Of a stretch of 64,000 nucleotides of DNA, positions 39,700 to 52,886 are shown in pieces. This DNA is from Glaucostegus cemiculus (taxonomy: Eukaryota): assembly GCA_976551045.1 (NCBI GenBank), contig CDPCPM010000363.1:3224001-3288000 (forward strand), written 5' to 3'. A program made the position numbers and the translations under genes. Within the stretch, counting starts at the first letter, position 1, and the number at the start of each line of letters is the position of its first letter. A model generated the notes under the pieces. That model ran no database searches and was not told the origin of the DNA. It was given only the letters and a program-made list of their open reading frames with translations.

Positions 39700-41271
39700 G
39701 ATTGATATAAAGAAGAATAAAATTCCTGAAAAGATTTATTAATTTGGACAGAGTCTGTCGTATAGGTACAGTCTGGTTTACGAATTTTATTTATTTGATA
39801 TTTAGATAGAGTGGCTTTCAATTGGTTGGCCAATAATTTACCAGACTTATCACCATGTGTATAAAATTGACTTTTATTTTTAAGCAGTAGATTTTCAATT
39901 GAAGATGTTAAAAATAAATTATGTTGTAATTGAAGATTTGTTCTCTTTTTTAAAAAGCTGAAAATTCAGGGTATCGAAATATTTTTATCAATTTCTTTAA
40001 TCTCGTCTGTCAGTGTACGTATTTCATTACTTGTTCGTTTTTTCAATCCAGCGGAATATGAAATAATATGGCCATGGATATATGCTTTAAAAGTATCCCA
40101 TATTGTCCCACTCGATAATTCTTCAGTAAAATTAGTTGAAAAGAAAAATGAAATTTATTCTTTAATAAAATGGAGAAAATCTGAGTCTTGTAATACAGAG
40201 GGGTTGAATCGCCATTGTCTGATATCAGAGGATACAGCTGGTAATTTAATTAATAAAATCAATGGTCCATGATCATACATAGTAATTGAATCAAATTTAC
40301 TATCCATAATAAGTGGAACTAAGCTAGCATCGATTAAAAAATCAATCCTCGAGTAGTTATAATAGACATGAGAAAGGAATGAAAATTCTTTATCACATGG
40401 ATGTAGAAACCGCCAAACATCCAAAATTCCGGATTCAACTCAAAAGAAATAAAAACAGCGGATTTGTTTGGAAGTGCAGGTTTTGACACAGATTTGTCCA
40501 TCGAAGGGCTTAAACAGCAATTAAAGTCTCCACCCATAATCATAGCGTATTTATTTAAATTAGGAAAAAATGCAAACAAATGTTTAAAAAATTCAGGCTG
40601 ATCTACATTGGGTGCATAAACATTTACCATAACAACTTTTTTGTTATGAAGCAGATCAGCAATTTGAAAAAATCTGCCATTTAGATCTGATTTCGTTTCG
40701 TGATGAACAAATGAAATAGAAGAATCTATAAAAATGGAGACTCCTTTCACCTTTGCTTGTGAGTTAAAGTGAAACTGCTGTCCCCTCCAAAATCTAAAAA
40801 ATCGTTGATTATCTTCCTTCCTAATGTGAGATTCCTGAACAAAAATAATTTGAGCCTTTAATCTCTGGAAAACCTTAAAGATTTTATTTCTTTTAATTGG
40901 GTGATTCAACCTGTTAATGATCCAAGAAATAAAATTAATAGTCTTATCCATTTTAACCAATTAAAAAAACATATGGTATGCAAAGTGTTAAAAATATGTC
41001 CAGGTCTCGGCAGCACGAAGGAAAATGTTCAAATAGGAAACGGATATGATGACTGTTTAGAAAAAATTGCAGTTTAGCCCAGAAGAAAAAAATCGAAAAA
41101 GACACACCACCCCCTCCCCAACAGCCCGAAAACTGACCAATAGATAGCCAGTAAGCTACCCTCTAATGTAAACAACCCCATTTCTCTTGGTGGCAGTAGT
41201 CCAACAGTACTGAAATGTAAAACAACCAGCTATTTTGACTACAATGCAGAAAAATAATGTAAACATTGCTC

Positions 41272-41560
41272 TGTAGCGACCTACCTGCAGGAGAGACGAA
41301 CCGGCTCCATAGACAGGGCTTGCTTCAGAAAACAGGCCAACAGCAAGATGGCGCTGGCCATCCCACTCTGTTAGAAAAGAGAAAAAAGCCCGCGTGTGAG
41401 AGCCAATCAGTGACGTTCTGTGACGTCACTTCTGCCCAGAGGGGGCGGATCTTGTAACTGGCTTTAAAGGGCCAGCACGGGAGATTCAAAATAAATCGTA
41501 TTTGGATACAAACCTTCGACTGAGTCTAGTTCTTAGCTCGGTGTGAAGCACCTCGCTACA
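41272..41560 (+). mobile_element. Solo Gypsy-type LTR (family C, 289 bp) nested in the L1 inter-ORF region
   Basis: TGTAGCGA..TCGCTACA termini; perfect TSD GCTC (41268-41271, 41561-41564); CCAAT, TGACGTCA, GC box, TTTAAA and AATAAA in order. Confidence 0.92.
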
Positions 41561-41799
41561 GCTCTAAAATTGAAACAGATCCAATGCGCATTACCAGCCC
41601 TAATTAAAAAATATAGTTTAATAATTATTTCAAAAATAAAGCAAATAATCAATCATTTGCTAAAATACTTAATTATTATTCAAACAAAACATTAAAAAAA
41701 GAAAAGAAAGGTATGAATCAAAAACCTAATTAACCAGTAAGAAAAGTGTGACGTATAGCAATAAAACACTGAATTGCCAGTGAATTTCTTAACAACCAA

Positions 41800-42578
41800 A
41801 ATTAAAAGCTGATCTGCCAAGAATTTCTCAACTTCCGCAGTTGATTTGAACCATTTGAACATTTTATCAGGTAGTATCATTCTGAGCTTTGCTGGAAATA
41901 GAATAACAGGATGGTAATTGCTTTGATAAAGACGAGCCATAATTGGTTTGTAGGTCATCCTTTTCTTCATAACTTCTGGAGCGTAGTCTTCAACAATTCA
42001 AAACTTCCATTGTTTAAGTTGAATCATTCCACGTTTACGAGTTGTACGGATCAGTTGTTCCTTGATACTAACATAGTGAAATCTTAGTATTACTGGCCTA
42101 GGTTTTTGATCCCGAGCAGGCTAGCTCTTAATGCTCTATGAGCCCTGTCCAGAATCGGCTGGACAGGAAACATTTCAGGACCAAATATTTCAACCAAAAG
42201 ATTCGAGAAGAATTCCGTAGGGTTACCAGTCTCAGTGTACTCCAGAAAATTGATGATCCTTAAATTCTTCCTTCTGCTGCATCCTTCCAAGTCGATGATC
42301 CTCTGTTGTTGTTATTCCAAGGTTTGCTTTTCAAGCAAATGAAATTTCGCATCTCTCTCCTTACCAGCTTGCTCAAGTTCAGCAATTAATAGTTTCTGTC
42401 TGGCTTTCTCTTAGATCAAAATCTTCTGCTTCCCTTCGAAATCTTTCAAAATAGACTTCAATTCAGCAAAGCTCTGGTCAAACTTTCTATCCAGATTAGA
42501 GTTAGCTTCCAAAGTAGGCTGGTCTCCATTACCTTTACCACCTTTACCATTAGCAGAGGCTTTAGATCTGGTGCTCAT
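41800..42578 (-). pseudogene. L1 ORF1 (coiled coil plus RRM/CTD, Transposase_22-like), disrupted
   Basis: ATG at 42578; LEGCSRRKNLRIINFLE, PILDRAHRAL, EDYAPEV and ILFPAKLRM motifs; stops and frameshifts. Confidence 0.88.
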
Positions 42579-43489
42579 TTTAACAGTTAAAAATCAAAAA
42601 AAGACTTGCAACAGTATTGTAAAAATAAATCTTATTAAAGGATTGTATATAGTGGATTGAAAAGTGCCTGGACCAAAGCCAAGTTGTGGCTCAGTCCATG
42701 AGCGCCACCAACAGAATGCCCCTGATCTGCTAAATGTTACCAGCATTTATCTTGTCATATCCGGTGGCAGGTAGAAGTCGATAACAGTGTTCGCATTTAG
42801 GCTGAGACATCTCCAAATAACCATTAACTCCATTGCCGTATTGATCTGATGAATGATACTGTGGGAGGACCTAACTTTTTTCCCCAGCGCTCCATTTGGT
42901 GGAAATATCCAGAGCCTACGTTTTACTTTTCTGAAGGGATGCAGTCGGTACAACACTTCAACACAATCACGCTTCCTACAGATTTTGACCTGAATGAATT
43001 TGTGAGTGTTTTCCTTTGTAGAAAAAAGAAACGATTGGCTTGTGAATCCTGCAGGTTGGTCGTTTAATTGGCCGTCGTGAATTTCCCTCAGTATGTGGGT
43101 GAGTGATAGATTCAAGGGGGAAGAGGAGTGTTGATGTTAATCTGGGGATAATGACATGAGATTAAGTGTAAAATGATCGTGAATGGGTGGTTGATGGCCT
43201 ATTTATCCGTGCCGACCCGATGAACCAGTGTCTCCATTGTCGGTCGTTGCGTCGATAGTATGCTCTGTCTCTTTTCCCTTTCTTCTGTGAGAGTTATTGA
43301 TAAAGAATAAATTTCGTGATTTATTCGTTTATACAACACGTACAACACTTGACGTTTTCCTCTTTGTACGAAACTCTGGAATATTCAGGAGTTTGTATGT
43401 CAGTTTAGACAGAACCAAATAATCTCAACTACATCTAACGTATGTGCAGTCATATTCTGCAAAACGTGCTTATCGATGAAGCAATATAA

Positions 43490-43700
43490 AACAACAGCAA
43501 CAAACAATTTGGTGGAACACCTCAGCAGATCGATCAATATCTGTGGGAGGAATGGGATTGTCGACGTTTCCGATAGACAGTTCCTTTCCATCCGCAACGC
43601 CGACACAACCTTTCCTTCCATCGATGCTGCTTGACCAGCTCGGATATTCCATCAAATTGTTTGTTGTTCCATATTCCAGCATCTGCATTCTCTTGTGCTT
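43490..43700. repeat. Foldback pair of Penelope-derived tails
   Basis: 'aacaaacaatttggtggaacacctcagcagatcg..' is mirrored by '..gaccagctcggatattccatcaaattgtttgtt'. Confidence 0.7.
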
Positions 43701-44709
43701 CTATTATGAAACAATAGTCTGGCATATCTGCAATTTTATCCGCTGAAGTATTTGCGATCTAACATCCACAGAAGGAATTTAATTCCGTGTTCAATAAATG
43801 CTTATTTTAACTGTCTTTTCAATTTACATCATGCAAAAGAAGCAACAGGTAGATGCAAAAGTAATTATTTCTGGAGACCTTAGAGAGCAAACTGGGAACA
43901 AAAGATGGAGAATTCAACTGCGACCGCACTGAACTCCTTATCCCCACTAACTATTACACTCAAAAATAGCTATATTAAAATGAAGCAACAATGCAATGAA
44001 GGTCCTGCAGTTCTAAATTTGATAATTACGGGCATGATGTTCCACTTCATGGCCTGTTCTTTTATGCTGAGAGGTATTTTACGTAACAAAATGGCGTAAC
44101 ATTGTTCTGAAGAAAGCTTCATTTTAAATGTGTGACTTCAGCAGATGGGAAAATGTACTATTTGTAGAGTATCCAAACAGAAATATCAGCATCAATAATC
44201 TATCTATTTGTTGGACGTGTGGTGAGTATATGTCGTGAGGAGATACACAAGCAGATTTCTCAGCCAACTGTTAAAACAACACGCAGATTGAATAGATTCT
44301 TCCAATGACCCAACTCTCCGACTGTGATACAAACTATTCACGCCAATCGCTCATTCTGCTCGGAAATCACAATCTGGATATTATGTTCAAAATTACCTGG
44401 AAGAAATAAGAAATCACATTTAGGAATGTTTAAGATACATAATAAAATCATAATACATAATCGTAATCCTCTGACATCTCCCTTCAAAATTTAAATGCAT
44501 GGCGTCGCAGCGTGTTCACTCTAACAACTTACCACGCTGCAATACATCTGCTACCAACAATCACCGAATAGACTGGAGTGCATAGAATCATAAAACATTT
44601 TCCATGTAGACGGATATCATTCGCCCATCAGGTCATCTCTGTCCCTGGTGTATTAATCACAAACTCTGGCTCTGCAAGTGCATATGAATGCAAGTATTCA
44701 AGTGTAAGG

Positions 44710-46030
44710 AATCAGAGTAATACAGCACGGAAACTTGCCCTTCGGCCCAACTGGGCCATGCCGAATATATCTTCCTCCGTGCTAGTCCCAGTTGCCGCCG
44801 TTTGGCTTATAACTCTCCATGCTACTCCGCTCCCTCTACCTATCCAAATTCCTCTTAATTGTTGCAATTGTCCCCGCTTCGACCATTTCCTCTCGCAGCT
44901 CATTCTAGTGTAGTAGTAAAGGGTTAAAATTGCAGCCATCTTTGTTTCTAGAAAAGACCACATACTTCTTCCCAACCTTGACTGGGTAGGGAGATGACTG
45001 CCTAGCTGAAGAATGCCAGGCATGTTAATTACCTTTGTCTAGGTATCAGAACACCTTGGGCTGACAGGAATTAAAATTAACATCTATAGTGCAGACTAGC
45101 ATTGCAACTGACAATTAAGCTCACTACAGAATAACACTGGCAATTACTATAGACAACTGCGCCCCCCAACCCCCGTTTAGAATCAACAATCTTTATAGGT
45201 AGCCGCTGCCCCATTGTTTGAAATTGATATCCCTATACATCCCCATAGTCAACAGTAATGCCGACTGAAATTTACATAGTATCAGACTCCAGAGCTATCA
45301 CATGGGTGAAATTAACATCAGGATGGAAGCAGACAGCCGGGCAATTAACACTGAACTGGGATCCCAAGCTAAACAATGAGGGGTGATACCCACCTTTGTA
45401 TCTCTTGATTGTAATCCCGTTATATTAGAACAAAGAGTGTAATAGCTACTTTAACTATAGTTTGCCTGAAACTCGCGGCGCCGGGTGCATGGGGTTTGCG
45501 TCAGAAAATCTGTATACACTTCTGTCTGCCACTGCTCGGGAAGATACCTTGGGGAGAGACTCTGTGGGAGTGCTGAAGGGACTCTCCTAGCAGTACTGCT
45601 AAAGAAAATAAAGGTACCTTTCGACCAGACCTCGTGGCACTGTGTTTCTTGACGGACTGAAGGGGAGATCAATTTCGGGATGACACCAGGAACTCACTAC
45701 CTTCTATGTAAAGAAATTATCTCTCAGGTTACTTTTACATCTCTCCCCTCCTATCTTGCATCTGTGCCTTCTAGGTTTGGTCTCGTCAATCCTGTAGAAA
45801 ATACTTCCACCATCCATCTCATCCATACCCATCATGATTTTATAAACGTCTATGAGGTCACCCCTCATTCTCCTTTGAGCCAAGGAATATAGATCCAGCA
45901 TGGCCCTATAACTCAGGGCGTTTTGTTCAGGTACCATCCTTGTAAAACATTCTTTCCAACTTAAAAATGCCTTTGCTATCATAGGGTGATCAAAACTATA
46001 CACAATAATCCACGTGCAGCTTGACAAACA
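44710..46030 (-). mobile_element. CR1 3' fragment interrupted by a solo LTR
   Basis: LYSLAQRRMRGDLIDVYKIMMG..TKPRRHR..NFFT (CR1 ORF2 C-term) plus 3' UTR. Confidence 0.85.
44909..45685 (+). mobile_element. Solo LTR (family D, 777 bp)
   Basis: TGT..ACA termini; 4-bp TSD CTAG/CCAG with one mismatch; AATAAA at ~45606; CR1 is continuous across the insertion. Confidence 0.8.
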
Positions 46031-47599
46031 CCATCATGTCTCTAACCCTAAAGTCTTCCCTGCCTCCTCTGGTCAATGGAAAAACAAAACGATTCCAACT
46101 TTCTCATGATCAAAAATGTTCAAATCTTGCCAACATCCTTTTAAGTTTCATTTACGCTATTCGAAACGCCGTGGTGGATTTTCATAAGATGATACCAAGA
46201 ACAGCAAGCAGTGTTCAGTATATATACTTATTATTATTATTATTACTGCGTGCAACTCTGGAATACCATGTCTTGACTCAGTATGGAATGCAATCTTGTT
46301 TCTCAATTTGCTTATCAGTGCGCCTTGTTACCTCCAATTATCGTGGAGATGCACTCCATTGCTATGTTCGTTCGTGCCCTTCGACGACCTCCCATTTATT
46401 CTGCATTCACTTTATTTTGTCACAGCTCCCCTCATGTAAGACCTCAAAATTGTTTGGCTGCAGCATCGTTTGGCATGCTGAAGAAACACTCCTCGCTATC
46501 AAACCATTTTTAATCTGCATATCCCAACACATACATTTAACTCGAAAACATTAAAGCATACCGCAACAAAAAAAAGCAAAGGATCGAGTTCAGAGGTAAT
46601 AATTGAAACAATATTATAGCCCGCTGAAGATATCTATTTCCACCTCCTACCACATCCCCCCCCCCCCCGCAACAGAGTATTTTGTTCCTCCCATTGCCGT
46701 TTGATGTTTTGACATTGTAATTTTCCGACCAACCCTGTACGTGTTGAAGGGCAGAGGTACTAAATCTCGTCCTAAAACATGGGTCGTTTTTGTTTTTACT
46801 TGCCAGTTAAACTGTCAGTCATTCCTGTCTGTCTGTAGTCTCTTAAACTGAGAGGTGACCGCTTCCTGTAATGTACTATAATGAAGGCCTCAACTTTACC
46901 AATAGATTGTGATTGACCTACTGCTGATTCTCCAAAGTCCGGAACTCAGCTCTTCAGCAGCAGATCATTATTGCATCAGCATTTCCGCAGGAGAGGGGTG
47001 TAACGCTGAGTTGCTGCATGGAACAGATCTGCATTTAACTGTTATGAAATACCATAACTTGCTGCTCTCTTTTGTTTGGTTCGTTAACTTAATTTCAACG
47101 TTTGCAAGCTTCGGTCTGTTTATTTCAATATATAACTCGCCTTCACCGTCATACTTCAGTATCGACTGTTGTTCAATACTTCATTATTAACCTTCAATAC
47201 CTTTGTGGGGATCCGCATTCCCCATCACTGTGGCGCAAAATATTAGAACTGAATTTCAAACTTACCCTTACCTGCTTGATAAAGACAAAGCGATATTTTC
47301 ATCATGAAAATCAATGACAATCGTCGACCGATTATCTGTGATTGTGGGTATGTTAAGGGAAACATCATCATTGTCACGAGGAACGAAGGGAAAAGAAACA
47401 TCAGGATCGATGCAGGTCCGAGGATTCTGTACTGCAGAGTGACAGATGATGTGTTAATCATGAGACCGACCGACACATGAATGAGTGAACTTTGACAGAT
47501 CAATTGACTGATGAGAATGTTGCGCCACTACCAATATATGGGTTTTAATTTTATTCGAGTTTGAATAAACTACTGGAGTTTTGTGAAGATTTATTTCAT

Positions 47600-50170
47600 G
47601 GAATAAATGTTGGATAAACAGGCAATGCTTTGTATTTCGATCTTTGGATGGGTTTGCAGAAGCCCCAGACAGCAGCTTGCATTAGACCACATGTATCCAG
47701 GACCAATACATGATCATCTGTTCATAGCCGTTCAACAAATGGAAACAACATGTAGGAATGAATTAGTTTTCTTGGGTTGGGAGGCTGTAACTAATGGGTA
47801 ACATAGGGGTGAGTGTTTGTTCCCAAAAATATTTACGACATATCAAATCACTGTGGGGACCAAAAATAGCACTTACAAATTCCTTTGTGAAGGAAGAAAA
47901 CATGGTGAGAATTACTGGTGAAAAACTTAAAAATGGAACGAAATATACATCAGTCAAACCTGTATTTCAGGAAATTGGTAAGCTTGAATATTGCTAAATC
48001 ACCTGGGTATGGTAATATACATTACAGAGAAGGAGGTGGTGGCAGAGTAAGTGGATGCTCTGCTCAACGTTTTCCAACCTTTCCAAATAACTGCAATAGT
48101 TGCTGTGAATACGTGGCGAGAAAAACACATCCTTTTATTGTTAGTTAAGCAGGAGGGAGAGAGTAAACGAGGAATAGCCGACTGTTCGCCAAATGACAGT
48201 AACAGAGAAAGCTGGATTCTCTCACAAAGAACTGATAAGCTGCGCACTTGGAAATAACAATAGTTTATAGATTAATATTTGATTAATGACGGGGAAAACG
48301 TGTTTGAATAGTCTGCTGGACTTTGTTGAGAATATAACAAGTAAATCTGAAAAGGCAAATTGTGGAAATGATATTTTTCGATTATTAGGGAACTGTCAAA
48401 ATGATTCCTTACAAGGAATTAGTCACAAGGTTAAAACACGTGAAATTGCAGGGAATATATTATTATGATTTGTGAGTTGGTTATCAGGCAGAAAGCAAAG
48501 GATGTCCTGAGTCTAGATTTTCAGTTTTGCGGGACATCACGTGTGTGGTAACACAATGACCACTGATTGAACCCAGCTCTTTACAGTCTATATTGGAATT
48601 GCTTATTCTTGTCACTTGTACCGAGGTGCAATGAAAAACTTGTCTTGCATACTGTTCATACAGATCAATTCATTATACGGTGCATTGAGATAGTAGAAAG
48701 TAAACCAATACATAATGCAGAGTATAGTGTCACAGCTACATAGAAAATGCCGTGCAAGTAAACATTAATGTGCAAGATCATACGAGGTAGATTGTGAGGT
48801 CAAGACTACATATTATCGGTCTAGGGGACTGTTCAATAGTCTTATAACAGCGTGGTAGAAGCTTCCTTGAGACTTGCGGTACGTGTTTTCTGGCTTTTGT
48901 ATCTTCTGCCACAGGGGAGAGAAAAGAGATTGTCTAGGGTGGGTGGAGTCATTGATTTTGCTGGTTGCTTTACACAGGCAGAGAGAATAGAGTCCATGAA
49001 CGGGAGGGTGGTTTCCGTGTTGTGCTGAGTTGTGTCCACAACTCTCTGCCATTTCTTGCGGTCCCGGGCAGAGCATTTTCCATGCCAAGCCATGCTGTAT
49101 CCAGATAGGATGCGTTTTGTGGTTCGTATATTGGTGAGTGTCAAAGGGGACATGCCAATTTTCTGAGCCTTCTGAGAAAGTTCAGGCGCTGGCCAGCTTT
49201 CTTGGCCGTGGCTTCGATGCGGTAGGACCAGGACAGTCTGTTGGTGATGTTTAATTTCAAATGTTTGGTCCATGAAACAAAATAAGGTTTGCTGATGAGA
49301 CAAGATGGATGGGAATATGTGAATGGAGGAGCACGTAATAAGTTTCCAACAGGATACAGCTTAGTGCGTGGTCGAACATGGTAAATTGAGAGTAATGTGA
49401 AAAGTGTGAGCTTATTCACGTCAGGGCACAAAAGAAGAGAGAAACAAACTATTCCTACAACATTGAGAGAGTGTATAAAGTGGTATTCAACCGAAACTTA
49501 AAAGTAGCTACACACCCTTCACTGAATGTACCAAGCAGGTTAAACAGAGAATTGTTGTGCTAGCCTTCATTGTTAGAGTAGTTCAATGAATAGGCAAGGA
49601 AGTATTGTTGCAATTGTATGTGTTATCAGCGATCGAGCACTTCGAGTAAGTGCACTGTCTTGGTCTTTGTTTCTGAGAAAGGTGAACTTTCCGAAGAGAA
49701 AATGCAGTGAAGTGTAATTGGATTGGTTCCAGTAATGGAGTGTATGTCGCAAATGGACATTTTGGTCGAATGGGCCTTCATTTAATAGAATTTTGCACTC
49801 ACTGAAACTACCTCACTGAAAATACCTTACTGAAATTGATAAAATGTATCTTAAAGTGTTTGGGAATCATGTTTCAAAGAGTAGGGGAGTAGGTTTCCCT
49901 GACTGAGGAGTATAGAGCCAGGTGCCAACGATAAGAATAAAGTGTACGCTTTTAGAACAGAGATTGGGAGTCAGTTCTTGGAAGATTCTACTCAGGAAGA
50001 TTGTGGATTGCAAACGGCTGAATTAGTTCAAAACATAGATCGACTTATTTCTTGAAAATAGGAGCTGCGGGAACAGTGCCGCGAAGTGGCACTGGGGTAG
50101 AAAATCCACGGCGGTGTCGATCCCTGGCCCACCTGGCTATGAAGGCGGGATACGTTATCACTGCTCCTAA
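47600..50170 (+). mobile_element. Degenerate CR1 fragments (interrupted by a Rex1/Babar-like element)
   Basis: GKTCLNSLLDFVENIT and HKVKTREIAGNIL (CR1 RT region); CR1 3' region at ~49500-50170. Confidence 0.65.
48595..49270 (-). mobile_element. Rex1/Babar-like LINE 3' fragment
   Basis: LSWSYRIEATAKKAGQRLNFLRRLRKL, ILSGYSMAWHGKCSARDRKKWQRVV and DSTHP..LFSPL motifs; tail 'tacaagtgacaagaataagc'. Confidence 0.8.
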
Positions 50171-51483
50171 GCTGGCATGACTTGTTTGCCACAGAAGATT
50201 GTTCACGCCGATCATTGTTTGATTTCAAAACTGATTTCTATAGAATTCTGGATATTAAATAAATGAATTTAATTCACGAATGACAAGAAGCACCATTGAA
50301 GATGATTAACAATCACATATTTTGGCAACGGCACAGCACGTTCAAAGGATGCGTGTGAATCTCTGTTTCAGTTTACGATATTCATTATTTATCTCTTTAA
50401 ATGCATTATCTCGGTTTATACGTAGTCAAAATAAAATGAAAACAAAAATCAGTCGGATTACTGAGCTCTACACTGAGATGAACAAACAGGATCTTATTAA
50501 TAGGGCCTCAACCCAGCAATAAATAGGCAAAATGAATGACATCGGGTTTGGTGTTGGCATCGTCCTTATGATCGAGAAGTGGGCATGGAAGTAAATGAAT
50601 TTCAATGGAACAAGCTCGTCATAAAAGACACAAAAGGTATTTTTTATTTGGTTAATCTACCCTGTGGATTTCTGATAAATTGGCAATACGGAATCATTTA
50701 GCGAGAATATGACAATCACCTACTGAAACAGAATTCCTTTTTCATTCGAATATTCCCCTATCCCATCCATTTAAGTGCAACTTTTTTTTTACATTTCGGG
50801 CATTTCTAACTTGGGAGAATGTATTACGTTCTGTATTACTTGAAGCAATCATTGATTGAAATCCAAGGAGTCGTTCAGGGCCACAGTTATTGAAAAATAT
50901 TATCCAATAATAGTGTTATTTTGATGCATTATGATCCGTTATAATAGGATCGAAATGCTTTTTTTTTACCAGCATAGGGAATGTTATAGAAATCTGTCTA
51001 CAACGGACACTGGAACCCGCCTTCCCCATTGACAAATTCAAGATTAGTGTTACACAAACGATAACAGTTCTCATGTTCACTCTGATTGGTGGGTTCAATG
51101 AAACCGGAAATTATCAAAAGATGACACAAACGATGACGGTCGGAAAGGTCTATTCGTGTGATGGAACGGACAACACACGTCATTGTTGCTTCGGAGTTGC
51201 TACGATATTGAGGAGAACAATCACTAACACCAGGGTGGAAGATCGCTCGTCCAAAGACTTAATTAAAGAAAACGGATAAACCAGACCATCAACTTGTTAC
51301 GGTTAGGTACCTACTGGTCATAATATCATCTAAGTTAACATGGCTATTATTGAAGCGGCCACATGAAAAAAATGAGGCAGCGCAATAGCAAAAGGCACTA
51401 CCTTATTGCTTTCAACCGAAAACTAAGTTCGACGTTTCTGTTCACTTCTCTCTTAACTGTTCGGTATCAAATGTTAAACATAC

Positions 51484-51594
51484 TTGGAGTTCGTGGCTGA
51501 TCAGAGTACTCGCCGTCTGAAATATCGTCAAACTCTTCATATGCTCCCAAGCGGAAACTCGCATGGGGGCCCTGACCGCGAGTCACAATGCCTG
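51484..51594 (-). CDS. Cytoplasmic exon of the SRCR receptor with tyrosine motifs (111 bp)
   Basis: Phase-1 translation GIVTRGQGPHASFRLGAYEEFDDISDGEYSDQPRTP; acceptor ccctctcttcAG (NAGNAG), donor GTATG. Confidence 0.75.
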
Positions 51595-52766
51595 CTGAAG
51601 AGAGGGCACAGTGAGTAAAATGATGAATAACGCGAAGCATAGTTGAGCGAATAAATTGTAATTATTCAAGCGGTGAAACTCAAACGCTTATCTAGTTAGA
51701 ATGAACACAGAGAGGTTTTAGGTACGCCCTTCCAAATGTCATACAAATTCGAAATAAATCTGAACAGTAAACTGAATAGCTACTCGTGCTTGTTTACAAA
51801 GAAACTGGAATAATTTCACTGCAAATTTTTTGACATTAAATGAGGAGTGCCGAGATAATTGTGTTTCATTTCATCAGCTCATGTCGAGAGGAGATTTGCG
51901 TCATGCACAAGCAGTGTGATATTTTTTTGTTTGTTTTGTTATTTTTCAGGCAAGTAAAGACTGAAATAAATCAGTTGTGATTGAGAATAATACATAAAAC
52001 ACAGGACCTCCTGACATGACAAGAAACCAAATTAACAACCATCAATTAAATTTACGCTTGACAAAGATTGAGAAAAATCGGTTACTTCTTTCTCTTGGTT
52101 ACTGTTTCACAATCATCTCGGTTAAATCAGTTCAAATGCTCATTTGAAATACAACGTTCAGGCTTTCTGTCTCCACTACAATTCAGGAAGGAAGCTGCCT
52201 ACACCCACTACTAATGTGGTGAAATATTCTTCTTCTTCGAATCCTTTAATTACATCTATGTTTAGTTTTAATTAGCCGTCCTCCTTGCCTGACTTCTCTT
52301 TTTGGATATCATTTAAATATGTCTATAATTCCAAAGCTGACAAGGCTAACTTTATCATCACTTCTGTACAGCTGTCAGTCGAAACGGACATCCTCTATAA
52401 TTGCTGCTCAAACGTATCTGGTCCTATTATATCTTCCCTGCAGTATTGTGAATCAAACTGTAAAAAGTATATGCCATTTTCATATTCTATCATTTACCAG
52501 CTTTTCCGTTGCCTTGATAGCACTTCCCAATACATTTAGGATTACATTCTGAAATATTTTTGTACCTGCTGACACGTTGGAAAGGTAATTGCCAAATATT
52601 AATATCCTCGCCTTTGAATAATATAATTCATACGCCAGGACATTAATTGAATGCCAGAAATCGCCAAATAATGATATTTTATTCAATTAAAGCATTCTAT
52701 TGAGGTCCAAAGTTAAATTAATCGACTTTTGAGATGCATACATCAATCGTATGAGTGGAATCTCAC

Positions 52767-52886
52767 ATCTTTTTGACTGGGTCCATGCTGTCACCAGCAA
52801 TGCGACCAGTTCAAGCACGAAAAGGAATCCGAGTATAATACAAGTAGCAACAGCAGCAGAGATTGAGAAGGTGTATTCGTCCTGCC
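52767..52886 (-). CDS. Transmembrane exon of the SRCR receptor (120 bp)
   Basis: Phase-1 translation GQDEYTFSISAAVATCIILGFLFVLELVALLVTAWTQSKR; acceptor ttgtaaAG, donor GTGAG. Confidence 0.8.

Larger units (their letters stand above)
36208..40951 (-). pseudogene. L1 ORF2 (APE endonuclease, RT, C-terminal Cys-rich), disrupted
   Basis: IIFVQESH, VNVYAPN, GGDFNC, YSRID (APE); KAPGPDG, SYRPISLLN, DAEKAFDRVEW, TRQGCPLSPLLF, LYTDD (RT); CDRC..LMHMFWSC (CCHC). Frameshifted and split by the 38729-39699 insertion. Confidence 0.95.
35794..42720 (-). mobile_element. Full-length, decayed L1-clade LINE with 16-bp TSD and two nested insertions
   Basis: TSD CCTGATCTGCTAAATG at 35778-35793 and 42721-42736; ORF1 and ORF2 remnants; 3' end AATAAAAAAGATTGAAAAAGAG. 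Confidence 0.95.

Noticed and set aside
46021-46554. 177-aa ORF
   Set aside because: Overlaps degenerate reverse-strand CR1 sequence and a short (TTA)n run; no protein motif.
50000-51450. Further cytoplasmic or terminal exons of the SRCR gene
   Set aside because: Several AG/GT candidates were tried, but none gave a convincing open phase-1 exon.
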